Positions 1 through 8,691 of a DNA stretch of 40,204 bases are shown here, piece after piece. The DNA is from a virus. Taxonomy: Duplodnaviria; Caudoviricetes. Location: positions 1-40,204 of IMG/VR virus record IMGVR_UViG_3300027265_000049; one strand, written 5' to 3'. Numbering within the stretch: the stretch's first letter is position 1; each line of letters opens with the position of its first letter. The notes under the pieces were generated by a model. That model was not told the DNA's origin. It did no database searches and saw only the letters and a program-made list of their open reading frames with translations. The translations under genes were made by a program, and so were the position numbers.

Positions 1-279
1 ATGTTTGCCCAGGATGCCCGCCGCTTCATCGAAAAGCTTATTCGACTTCAGACAAAAATTGAAGAGAAAGGTTATCGGCGAATCGATCAGGCGACCGTAG
101 TTCAAGCCAGGAAACATTTAAAAAATCAGCTTGACTTCTATCCTTACAATACTGACGATAAAATGCGAGGCTTTTGGGAACAAAACAGGGATGAAATCAG
201 GGCACTGATTCCGGCAGAAAGCCACCGGTGCTTTAAAAAATTAATGGACGAATTTATTAACCTTCAAAATCAAGTCTAA
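1..279 (+). CDS. hypothetical phage early protein
   Basis: 92-aa ORF, tightly packed with downstream + strand genes. Confidence 0.65.
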   Translation: MFAQDARRFIEKLIRLQTKIEEKGYRRIDQATVVQARKHLKNQLDFYPYNTDDKMRGFWEQNRDEIRALIPAESHRCFKKLMDEFINLQNQV

Positions 280-283
280 CTAT

Positions 284-520
284 ATGACTATAAAACTTCC
301 AATTGCTTTTCCCGGCGACCGTGTAAAAGTTGAAAATTATCGGTCGCACGAACCTGAAAAGCCAATTGAAAAAGGCCGCATTGTGAATGTTAATACTACC
401 TGGTTGAGTAAGAATAAATGTTCGCACCAATACCGCGTTCAACTCGATCGACAAATCAAAGGCAAACCCATTCATTTAACCGTGACAGAGCGGCGAATAA
501 AGGAAAAATTTAACCTATAA
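284..520 (+). CDS. hypothetical protein (possible SH3/KOW-like beta-barrel)
   Basis: 78 aa, FPGDRVKV...GRIVNV...YRVQLD pattern; 4-nt gap from previous gene. Confidence 0.65.
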   Translation: MTIKLPIAFPGDRVKVENYRSHEPEKPIEKGRIVNVNTTWLSKNKCSHQYRVQLDRQIKGKPIHLTVTERRIKEKFNL

Positions 521-530
521 GTTAATAGCC

Positions 531-893
531 ATGTCAAAAACAGAAGAAAAGTATTTCGAATTACACGAACCAAAACTGACCGTATCCGGACTTTGCTCGA
601 TCCATATTTATGCAATCGCAACCCTCGTTCTATTCTTAATCATTGGAAGCAGCTGCAGCAGTTCTAAATCTGTAGTCTATAATCAACCAAAAACAACTCA
701 TGCAGTAGTTAAGCACGATCTTCCATCAACAGTTGCTCATTTGCAGAAAAAAGTACGCAAACACCGGAATCGCATAGCCCAGCTCACACTTCAATACGAA
801 AATTGTCTTTCGCCGGCAAAAGACTGGACGCGCCGTTCCCGTCACTGGTGGGAGCGACCAACAGGACACTGGCCATTCCAATTCCTTCAATAA
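531..893 (+). CDS. hypothetical membrane protein / putative lipoprotein
   Basis: Hydrophobic stretch IYAIATLVLFLIIG followed by lipobox-like SSCSSSK. Confidence 0.55.
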   Translation: MSKTEEKYFELHEPKLTVSGLCSIHIYAIATLVLFLIIGSSCSSSKSVVYNQPKTTHAVVKHDLPSTVAHLQKKVRKHRNRIAQLTLQYENCLSPAKDWTRRSRHWWERPTGHWPFQFLQ

Positions 894-914
894 TTAACCT
901 ATAAGTTAATTCTG

Positions 915-1112
915 ATGCCAAGCCTTAATAAAATGTTTATCCTGGAGATCACTCCGGAGCAATTTCTTCAAAATTGTTCCAAGACAGAGCTGATAGAAAC
1001 CGACTTGCTGTTGCAATCTAATTTCTACCAAATGCGGATGAACGGCACCAACTCTCACGGCGCCGATAGCAAGAAACAAATGAATACTCAACCAATAAAA
1101 ATTGAAAGATAA
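915..1112 (+). CDS. hypothetical phage protein
   Basis: 65 aa, in the early + strand gene string. Confidence 0.65.
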   Translation: MPSLNKMFILEITPEQFLQNCSKTELIETDLLLQSNFYQMRMNGTNSHGADSKKQMNTQPIKIER

Positions 1113-1195
1113 TGTCCTATGGAACCTGTAAAATTTCCGGATGATCCGCTGGTAAAACTTCTCGACAATTTGAAACTGGACGTAAACGAACCGAT

Positions 1196-1405
1196 ATGCG
1201 CCTCAAGCCACGAAACAAAGAGCAAGCTTTCGCTGCTGTTGAAGGATTGAAAGGTCCAGGACAAAAAGCCTATCTGGTTAAAGATAGTTTTGGCCATGAT
1301 GCTATCAGGATCCGTTGTCACATATCAGGGTACTACTATGGTAACGAAACTGAGATCACAAAGCCCGAACAGCTTGAAGTTAAAGAATATCAAATAATTA
1401 TATGA
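1196..1405 (+). CDS. hypothetical protein (possibly 3' part of a frameshifted gene starting at 1119)
   Basis: 69 aa; ATGA overlap with next gene; overlapped by the 43-aa ORF 1119-1250 in another frame. Confidence 0.5.
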   Translation: MRLKPRNKEQAFAAVEGLKGPGQKAYLVKDSFGHDAIRIRCHISGYYYGNETEITKPEQLEVKEYQIII

Positions 1406-2313
1406 AAATGGGAAGATCTGTTTACACACCCAAGCAAAAAGACTTTATACGGAAGTATTATCCGGAGTACGGCGCTCAATGGGTTGGCGAAAAACTTAAC
1501 ATCAGAAAGCAATGCATTAAAGCATTTGCATCCAATAATAAAATTCTCCGCACCAATTTCAGTTTCAGCGAGGCAAACCGACAATTTGTGCGCGAAAATG
1601 CCAATATCCTGTCGTACGAGGAAATGGCTGCACAGATTGGAGAAACCGTTTCGAGGGTAAAAACCTTTGTTTATCATGAGAAACTAAGACCCTGTCTAGG
1701 AATTCCATTCAGCGAAGAGCATGTACGGTTTATCCGTAATAATTATCGCCAACTATCAAACACTGAAATTGCAAAAGTAATAGGTCGGAGTGCAGATGGT
1801 GTAAAGGCAAAAATGAAGCAATTAGGACTATCAAGGACGCAAAAAGAATTGTTGGCGATAAATGCCAGACTATGTTCAGCGTCTTGGATTAAGCCAGGGA
1901 ATGAACCTCAAAATACAAAGCACGATGGTTATACATCCACCCGGATCGATTCGCACGGGCATCCATATCAACATATCAGGGTTGAAAAAGGAAAGTTTGA
2001 ACTATTGCACCGGTACAACTGGGAGCAAAAAAATGGACCTGTTCCGGAAGATAAGATTTTGCGATCTAAAAACGGAGATTCTCTCAACTGCGATCCGGAG
2101 AACTGGGAGCTGGTAGATCGGGCCGATCATCTTGATAGGAACTCTGGCCGCAATGAGCTAACCGACGGTTATATCCTGGCTAAACTGACACACCGGGCGC
2201 CTGAATTGAAACCAGCATTTGCTGAAATGCCCGAACTGATTGAATTAAAAAGAAGTCAAATAAAATTAAAAAGAACAATCAATGAGCTTACTGAAACTAC
2301 AACAAATGATTAA
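1402..2313 (+). CDS. HNH-like (HNH_3 type) protein with N-terminal repeated HTH/Myb-like units
   Basis: Repeats YTPKQKDFIRKYY / FSEANRQFVRENA / FSEEHVRFIRNNY; C-terminal LHRYNWEQKNGPVP...KNGDSLNCDPENWELVDR. Confidence 0.8.
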   Translation: MKMGRSVYTPKQKDFIRKYYPEYGAQWVGEKLNIRKQCIKAFASNNKILRTNFSFSEANRQFVRENANILSYEEMAAQIGETVSRVKTFVYHEKLRPCLGIPFSEEHVRFIRNNYRQLSNTEIAKVIGRSADGVKAKMKQLGLSRTQKELLAINARLCSASWIKPGNEPQNTKHDGYTSTRIDSHGHPYQHIRVEKGKFELLHRYNWEQKNGPVPEDKILRSKNGDSLNCDPENWELVDRADHLDRNSGRNELTDGYILAKLTHRAPELKPAFAEMPELIELKRSQIKLKRTINELTETTTND

Positions 2314-2734
2314 TGGTGGTAAAACGTACTACTATCGCAATCAATCTGCAGTAATTAAATCGTTCGATGCCACCCATCCGGGTGAGATTCAAATTTTGGT
2401 TGAAATCGACGGCGAACCTCAGAAATTTATCAAGGAAAACGAAGAAAAAATAGGCCTGTTCCTAGCATGTTTTAAAGAAGTTCCTGTTGTGGAAGAGGTT
2501 GAAGTTCAAACCATGAACAAGAATCTTCCGGCAACAAATAAAACAGCGTATGTTCCTGAAATATATACCAATACAAAAGACCTTTTTAAAACGCTAAGCG
2601 ATAAATTATTAGAAGATATCGATAAAGTTCGCGATAAACCTGAATATGTTGGTCAGGCCAAACAGGTTTGTAACAACGTGAGCGCCATTGTAAACATTAC
2701 CAAACTACAGCTGCAGCTGCTTCAAAACGGATAG
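2282..2734 (+). CDS. hypothetical phage protein
   Basis: 150 aa, overlaps the HNH gene end, helical C-terminus. Confidence 0.7.
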   Translation: MSLLKLQQMINGGKTYYYRNQSAVIKSFDATHPGEIQILVEIDGEPQKFIKENEEKIGLFLACFKEVPVVEEVEVQTMNKNLPATNKTAYVPEIYTNTKDLFKTLSDKLLEDIDKVRDKPEYVGQAKQVCNNVSAIVNITKLQLQLLQNG

Positions 2735-2736
2735 TC

Positions 2737-3363
2737 ATGAAAGTAGGAACTAAAAGCGTACTGTTCGGAGCTCATTGCTTCGCGATACATCCAATATTTG
2801 TATTTATTGCCTGGTGGAAACTCTATGGCTTCCCCTGGGATCCTCGCTTGTGGATCGCCTTTTTTGTACACGATATCGGGTACTGGGGCAAACCAAACAT
2901 GGATGGAGCTGAAGGGGAGACGCATCCGGAACTTGGTTCTGAGATTATGGAATGGTTGTTCGATTTTACAAAGGTATTTTATCGCGACACCGTAAATATG
3001 CCCGATGATGAACTATTTTATTGGTCTGATTTTACCAGGTATCACTCCCGGTTTTTGGCAAAAAAGGAAGGCGCAAAACCCTCAAAGCTCTGTTTTGCCG
3101 ACAAACTATCCATGTGCATGGAACCTGACTGGCTTTACCTTCCCCGGGTTCGTTGGTCGGGCGAAATTGAAGAATACATGAAGCTGGCCGAAAGCCGCAA
3201 TCTGGCCGGTGAACAGCAAAACGCATTTGAAACCGCGAAGCTGGCCACCAAATCACAGAAAGACTGGCGTACTGCAGTAAAATCGTATGTCGAACGCTGG
3301 GTTGAAGAGCATAAGGATGGCCGTGATGATACCTGGACTCCTGAAGTTACAGAGCCTGGATAA
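2737..3363 (+). CDS. HD-domain metal-dependent phosphohydrolase-like protein
   Basis: H...AFFVHDIGY...HP...RYH...ADK, the H-HD-H-H-D spacing of the HD superfamily. Confidence 0.7.
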   Translation: MKVGTKSVLFGAHCFAIHPIFVFIAWWKLYGFPWDPRLWIAFFVHDIGYWGKPNMDGAEGETHPELGSEIMEWLFDFTKVFYRDTVNMPDDELFYWSDFTRYHSRFLAKKEGAKPSKLCFADKLSMCMEPDWLYLPRVRWSGEIEEYMKLAESRNLAGEQQNAFETAKLATKSQKDWRTAVKSYVERWVEEHKDGRDDTWTPEVTEPG

Positions 3364-3396
3364 TTGATCGCCACACCGATTCAACGCTTCCAAACC

Positions 3397-3417
3397 GTAA
3401 CCTTGTAACTCTGTAAC
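3397..3417 (+). promoter_or_regulatory. three 8-bp-phased GTAAC boxes before the primase start (putative operator)
   Basis: GTAAC at 3397, 3405, 3413; ATG at 3421. Confidence 0.6.
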
Positions 3418-3420
3418 CAC

Positions 3421-6228
3421 ATGGCATTCATCGAACAAAAAGAAATTATTGACGCCACTGCAGGCGGACTCGATATTATTTTTCATTATTATCCACAGGC
3501 AAAGGCGGCACAGGCCAATGCCGATAAACGTTTTAAAATCAGGGGCGACGAAAAAACCCCATCAGCATCACTCAAGCAGCTTCAGGATGGCACCTGGGTA
3601 GTTACCGACTTCGGTGGTGACCAGACTCCCCGAAACGGAATCCAGGTTTGTATGAAAGAAGAGTCGATTACCTTCCGTGAAGCTTTAGTGATGCTTGCCG
3701 ATCGGCATGGTGTTGGCGGTATCAAATCGGAATTGAATAAACCGGATTTCGATAAACGACCTGCCACACCTGAAGAAAAAGAAGGTGATTACATCTTCAA
3801 CGTGAAAGAAAAAATTACTGAATCCGAGCTGAAGGTATTGGGACCGAAGGTAACTGCAGACATTTGCGACCGCTATCACGTATTTGCACTCAATTCGTTT
3901 ACCTATGTCAAAAACCGTGAGGCGCTTATCACCAGTTCAAACGATCGATATCCGATTTTCATGTTCGACTATAGCGACTGGAAAAAGATTTATCAGCCGC
4001 TTAATCCGGAGAAGCAATACCGCTTCAGGTACGTTGGATCCAAACCAAAGGACTATATCAACGGCCTTGAGCAACTCAATAAAGCTTACGAAAAATTCAA
4101 GGATCAGCAGCTCCGGGAACAATCAGAAGATGATAAGGATCACACGATCGACAAACTGGATGAAGCGATCATTTGTTCAGGTGAGCGCGATGCGCTGAAT
4201 TGTGCCGGGTATGGTTATTATCCGCTTTGGATGAACTCCGAAACGGCCAATTTATCCGGGAAAGACTACAAGTCCATCATGCGTTGTGTCGAAAACCTGT
4301 ATAATCTTCCGGATATTGATGAAACCGGCGTTCGTGCTGCCATTAAGTTGGGAATGGAGTACATGGACATCAAACATATTTGGCTTCCGGATTCGCTCCG
4401 GAAGTTTAAAGATATCCGTGGCCGTTCGCGTAAAGATTTTTTGGATTATATCGAAATCTATCCTTCCGACTGGGATTTTAAAAAGCTGATTCAGGTTGCA
4501 AAACCGCTCCGTTTCTGGACCACTTCAGCCGGAAAGAGCGGGATCAAGTACAATTTGAGCTCAACAAATACCAGGTTCTTTTTGCAGTCGAACGGATTCT
4601 TCCAGCTTGAGAATAAAAACTCGAAAACCGGACAAATGTTTGTCCAGGTAAAAGGAAACATTGTTAAGGAAGTACAGACGAAAGACATTAAAGCTTTCCT
4701 GATTAGCTTTTGCGAAGACAAATACCTGAGCAATGAAGTACTTGAGCTCCTCCTGAATACCAACCGGCTTGGTGAAGGCACTTTGACTGGCTTAAAACAG
4801 ATCGATATTGATTTCACGGACTACGATCACGATGCCCAGTACCTGTTTTTTCAGAATAAGACCTGGAAAGTTACTGCAGGGGAAATATTCGAAAGTCGCC
4901 CTGGAGAGATCGACCGCTATGTATGGGAAGATGAAGTGATCACCCACAACGTGAAAAAGATCGATGATTTTTTCAAGATCACTGAAGATCCTGTTCATGG
5001 ATACAACATGGAGATTTTCAATACCAATTCAAACTATTTCAAATTTCTGATCAATGCGTCGCGGATTCACTGGCGCAAAGAGCTGGAGAAGTCGCTCGAG
5101 AACGTTCTGGAGAAGGACCAACAGGAGTACCGTAGCAAATACAAATTCAGTATTGATGGTCCGAACCTCACTGCAGAGGAAATTATCGAGCAAAAACACC
5201 ATCTGATCAATAAAATGTTCTCGATTGGGTACGTGCTGCACCGGTACAAAACACAATCGAAAGCCTGGTGTATTTTCGCCATGGACAACGTGATCGGCGA
5301 AGAAGGTGAAAGTAATGGCCGCTCCGGAAAATCGGCAGCATACAAGGCGCTGCGCCCCTTTATGAAGTCGGTAACGCTCTCAGGGAGGAATCCGAAACTG
5401 ACAGACAATCCACACTTATATGACCGGGTTACTGAGCATACCGATTACATCCTGGTTGATGATGCCGATCAACACCTGAACTACAAGTTTTTCTACGATT
5501 CGGTAACCGGTGAACTGATCGTGAACCCGAAAAACAACCAGTCCTACGAGATCCCGTTTGAGAAAGCCCCGAAGTTTGTTTTTACTTCGAACCATGCACA
5601 GCGTAATCTTGATCCATCGCTCGAGGCGCGTTTACTCTATACTGTATTTTCCGATTATTATCATCAGCAATCAGATTCGAACGATTACAACGAAACGTGG
5701 GGTATCCGTGATGATTTTGGTAAGGATTTGTTTGGGTTTGACTACTCAGAAGCTGAATGGAACGCCGATTTCAATTTTTTCGCCCAGTGCATCCGGTTTT
5801 ATTTGTCAGTCCCCTCACCCCGTAAGGTTAACCCACCTATGGGAAACGTAAATCTGCGGAATATGCTGGCCGAAATGACTCAGCCATTTAAGGATTGGGC
5901 CGATGCTTACTTTGATCTGGAAGGATTGAATGTGGATGCCTTGATCGTCAAAGAAGTTGCTCTCAAAAACTTTCAGGATAAAACAAAGAACACATCCTGG
6001 ACTACCAATAAGTTTACCAAGGCCATGAAGAGCTGGTGCCGTTATTACGGATTTATATTTAACCCGAAAGCCTACCAGAATAGCCAGAAGAGAATTAGTA
6101 AAAAAGTCAACGGAACGACCGAGGACATGATCTATGTGCAAACAAAAACTGAAAAACTTAATCCTCTCGACCTTTCTGACGATTCAGATTTCACTACGCC
6201 CCCTGACGAAAAAGATAAACCATTCTGA
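3421..6228 (+). CDS. phage primase-helicase (TOPRIM + P-loop NTPase)
   Basis: N-terminal DEKTPSAS...DFGG; TOPRIM CSGERDAL and LPDIDETG (DxD); Walker A GRSGKS; Walker B ILVDD. Confidence 0.9.
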   Translation: MAFIEQKEIIDATAGGLDIIFHYYPQAKAAQANADKRFKIRGDEKTPSASLKQLQDGTWVVTDFGGDQTPRNGIQVCMKEESITFREALVMLADRHGVGGIKSELNKPDFDKRPATPEEKEGDYIFNVKEKITESELKVLGPKVTADICDRYHVFALNSFTYVKNREALITSSNDRYPIFMFDYSDWKKIYQPLNPEKQYRFRYVGSKPKDYINGLEQLNKAYEKFKDQQLREQSEDDKDHTIDKLDEAIICSGERDALNCAGYGYYPLWMNSETANLSGKDYKSIMRCVENLYNLPDIDETGVRAAIKLGMEYMDIKHIWLPDSLRKFKDIRGRSRKDFLDYIEIYPSDWDFKKLIQVAKPLRFWTTSAGKSGIKYNLSSTNTRFFLQSNGFFQLENKNSKTGQMFVQVKGNIVKEVQTKDIKAFLISFCEDKYLSNEVLELLLNTNRLGEGTLTGLKQIDIDFTDYDHDAQYLFFQNKTWKVTAGEIFESRPGEIDRYVWEDEVITHNVKKIDDFFKITEDPVHGYNMEIFNTNSNYFKFLINASRIHWRKELEKSLENVLEKDQQEYRSKYKFSIDGPNLTAEEIIEQKHHLINKMFSIGYVLHRYKTQSKAWCIFAMDNVIGEEGESNGRSGKSAAYKALRPFMKSVTLSGRNPKLTDNPHLYDRVTEHTDYILVDDADQHLNYKFFYDSVTGELIVNPKNNQSYEIPFEKAPKFVFTSNHAQRNLDPSLEARLLYTVFSDYYHQQSDSNDYNETWGIRDDFGKDLFGFDYSEAEWNADFNFFAQCIRFYLSVPSPRKVNPPMGNVNLRNMLAEMTQPFKDWADAYFDLEGLNVDALIVKEVALKNFQDKTKNTSWTTNKFTKAMKSWCRYYGFIFNPKAYQNSQKRISKKVNGTTEDMIYVQTKTEKLNPLDLSDDSDFTTPPDEKDKPF

Positions 6229-6230
6229 TT

Positions 6231-6509
6231 ATGAGAACAGGAGACGAATACAGCGAATCAGTTTTTGAGTTTCTGGATAAAGCCAAGCCCGATACCACGT
6301 TCACAATCGCGAATTTGTGCAAAGAAGAGACCCGGGAGCAATTTATGGAAGCTGTGAAGCTCTATATCAGCTCTTATGCCTATGGCGGAGGTGTTGAATT
6401 CAATACTGACTACACCAAGATCCGGAAGTTCGAAATCCCTCCGGAAGCCTTGAGAGGATTATGGGAATATAACCTTGAAAAAAGCAAAAACAGATCTCAA
6501 ATAAATTAA
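6231..6509 (+). CDS. hypothetical phage protein
   Basis: 92 aa, 2-nt gap after the primase. Confidence 0.7.
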   Translation: MRTGDEYSESVFEFLDKAKPDTTFTIANLCKEETREQFMEAVKLYISSYAYGGGVEFNTDYTKIRKFEIPPEALRGLWEYNLEKSKNRSQIN

Positions 6510-6511
6510 TT

Positions 6512-6871
6512 ATGGAAAAGAAAATTGAATTCATCAAGATTCCTAATGAGCAGCTAGTAAAAGAGCCTGTATGTTGTAATGGTAAGGAGAGATATTCACA
6601 TCCGGGATGGACAAGAAAACTACCCAAATGGCTTACTCCATGCGATTACAGCAAAACTGAAAAGCTTATAGAAGTAGAATATAAAAGCGGTGACCGGGAA
6701 TGGTTCTCTATTCAGGTATTTTTTGGAATCGTTATAGCTGAAGTAAAAGACATCTTTATTCTTTATCCTGATGGTGAAACCGAAACGTTGAGCATAGTTG
6801 GAATCGACGTGATTAAGATTAAGCGAACAACCTATTGGAAGTTGATTTTCGAAAGAGATTTACCATTCTAA
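6512..6871 (+). CDS. hypothetical protein
   Basis: 119 aa, 2-nt gap. Confidence 0.6.
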   Translation: MEKKIEFIKIPNEQLVKEPVCCNGKERYSHPGWTRKLPKWLTPCDYSKTEKLIEVEYKSGDREWFSIQVFFGIVIAEVKDIFILYPDGETETLSIVGIDVIKIKRTTYWKLIFERDLPF

Positions 6872-6892
6872 TAACCAATAAAAATCCAAATT

Positions 6893-7213
6893 ATGAAAAA
6901 GTACTACATTAAAACCAACGTGAACATGTCGGCAAAGAACAATGCCTGGAGGGTATTGCAGGAATTTGCTCATGCGCAGGACGGAACCATGATCCTGGGA
7001 GACGACACACTAGAGACATTTGTTGATTCAGTGGCCGTAAAGGTTGATGAAGTCAACAAACAGCATCCACGATGCCAGGATTTATTTTTCAAGAAACAAC
7101 ACCATGACAATGCTCACTTGTGCATCTATGCAGGAGTTCATCCGGATCACGCCTTCAGCATGACATTTTTACCCATAAAAAGAGAACTAAGCCAGGAAGG
7201 AGTAACCGAATGA
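6893..7213 (+). CDS. hypothetical protein
   Basis: 106 aa, A-rich leader, ATGA overlap with next gene. Confidence 0.7.
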   Translation: MKKYYIKTNVNMSAKNNAWRVLQEFAHAQDGTMILGDDTLETFVDSVAVKVDEVNKQHPRCQDLFFKKQHHDNAHLCIYAGVHPDHAFSMTFLPIKRELSQEGVTE

Positions 7214-7620
7214 AAGTACACTATTTCTATTGTCGAAAGCCCAGAGGTGGCTTTCACGATGTGACCATTCAAGCGATGATGGAACAAGATGTTTACTCGC
7301 GGCCACATGGATGTGAAGAAAAACAATTTAAGGTTATCGAAAAACTCCATATTTTCATTAGTACAGAGATGAATCGCTTTCATGATTCACAGTTCAGTAT
7401 CGAGTTTGGCAAAGACAGTTGCCATGGCAGAAACGAAACAACGGTACGGGACTTATACAAGCGGATGAAAGAGGATCATTTTCATCCATCAGTTTCGATG
7501 ACGAAGCTGCAATATGAACGCATCCGGAAGGTTTGTTTTGCTATGTACGAGCGAGAGAAGCAAATGAATTTTGAACTGGTGGCCGAGCCGCAAAAAGGTA
7601 GCATCGTTGTATTAATGTGA
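7210..7620 (+). CDS. hypothetical protein
   Basis: ATG at 7210 overlaps the previous stop (ATGA), so preferred over the track's 7120 start. Confidence 0.65.
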   Translation: MKVHYFYCRKPRGGFHDVTIQAMMEQDVYSRPHGCEEKQFKVIEKLHIFISTEMNRFHDSQFSIEFGKDSCHGRNETTVRDLYKRMKEDHFHPSVSMTKLQYERIRKVCFAMYEREKQMNFELVAEPQKGSIVVLM

Positions 7621-7820
7621 TTTATATGATCGTCAAATTCTATATCCTACAGAAACATACCGAAACGGGAAAAACCCGCGAGAAATACCTTTTCAAAACG
7701 GAACACGAGGAAATGTTCATCGATAAACAGCTTGTGCACCAGGAAATGAAATACCAGGTCAAATCGCTCGAATGGGAAGACAGAGTTTTAAAAGCCGTCT
7801 GTTTAGAAGTACCACAATAA
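7617..7820 (+). CDS. hypothetical protein
   Basis: 67 aa, GTGA overlap; last gene of the early block. Confidence 0.6.
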   Translation: MIYMIVKFYILQKHTETGKTREKYLFKTEHEEMFIDKQLVHQEMKYQVKSLEWEDRVLKAVCLEVPQ

Positions 7821-7837
7821 ACACATTGATACACTTC

Positions 7838-7873
7838 GAGAGAAGCCTGATCCTAACCGGTCAGGCTTCTCTC
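7838..7873. terminator. 13-bp stem-loop closing the early operon
   Basis: GAGAGAAGCCTGA / TCAGGCTTCTCTC perfect inverted repeat; no clear U tract. Confidence 0.5.
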
Positions 7874-7969
7874 ATTACAGACATACCCCCTAAGCGATAC
7901 ATTTACACACATGTGTTTTTTCAAACATACTATTTATCATTATTTATATACAAATAAACTAATTCGGAA

Positions 7970-8332
7970 CGCCCCGATTCTAACAGAATCGGGTAAAAAA
8001 TCAGTACCGGAGAAATACTGTTGACAAAAGCTCCAGTCCGGGGATCAATACCCTTCAACAAAGAAACGATGCTGTGAAGTCCGGTAATGGCCATCCGGAG
8101 CGAACCCGGACCATTAATCAAACCCACCGACGCCAAATCAAGGCGCACCGGTACACCTTCTTAACCGCCCCTGGCTTATACTATGCCTGAACAAAGCCAA
8201 CACCAAAACACATTTTAATTGGGCAATTTCCAGGGCGTATGTGAACTGGTTACGTGATGGCCAGTTCACCGGGTCACTACCCACAGACCGGCTTCGCTTG
8301 CGTGTCCCGGTCTTTTCCTTTCCTTTCCTTTT
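7970..8332 (+). ncRNA. candidate structured non-coding RNA
   Basis: GC-richer stretch with no convincing ORF, at least six stems, and a terminal hairpin plus pyrimidine tract. Confidence 0.45.
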
Positions 8333-8353
8333 GCTTATTTACTACTAAAAAAA

Positions 8354-8583
8354 TGTAACTTTGTAACAACACTCAAAAAGAGATGATTATTAAAGAGTTA
8401 TACGGTTACATTTTGATTTTTTGATTTGTGTCGGTTACAAAAAAAATGTAACCTCAAAAAATAGGACACACGGTTACAATTTTTTTTCAAGGCAGTTGCA
8501 TTTTTAAAAACGGGAATTGTAACATATAAATATTTGATTAATAAATAGTTAATCAAAGAAAGTTACAAAGTTACGCCGTTACA
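8354..8583. repeat. putative replication origin: GTTAC/GTAAC iterons in AT-rich DNA
   Basis: TGTAAC at 8354, 8362, 8447, 8518; GTTAC at 8405, 8434, 8473, 8562, 8570, 8578. Confidence 0.7.
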
Positions 8584-8691
8584 CATTTTTCGTGCAAAAT
8601 TCACATAATAAGACTAAAAAATAAAGTTTGTACTTTAGCAATGCTTCGATTACCGGCTTTTTAGTTAAACCTTAAAAACCGGTATATCTCC

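Noticed and set aside
1113-1148. TGTCCTAT as an additional late-promoter copy
   Set aside because: No -7-like box at the 20-nt spacing
8060-8120. Hammerhead ribozyme or tRNA
   Set aside because: No CUGAnGA core with a correctly placed GAAA, and no T-loop or cloverleaf
7930-8148. 72-aa minus-strand ORF in the structured region
   Set aside because: No start context or motif; region is better explained by base-paired structure
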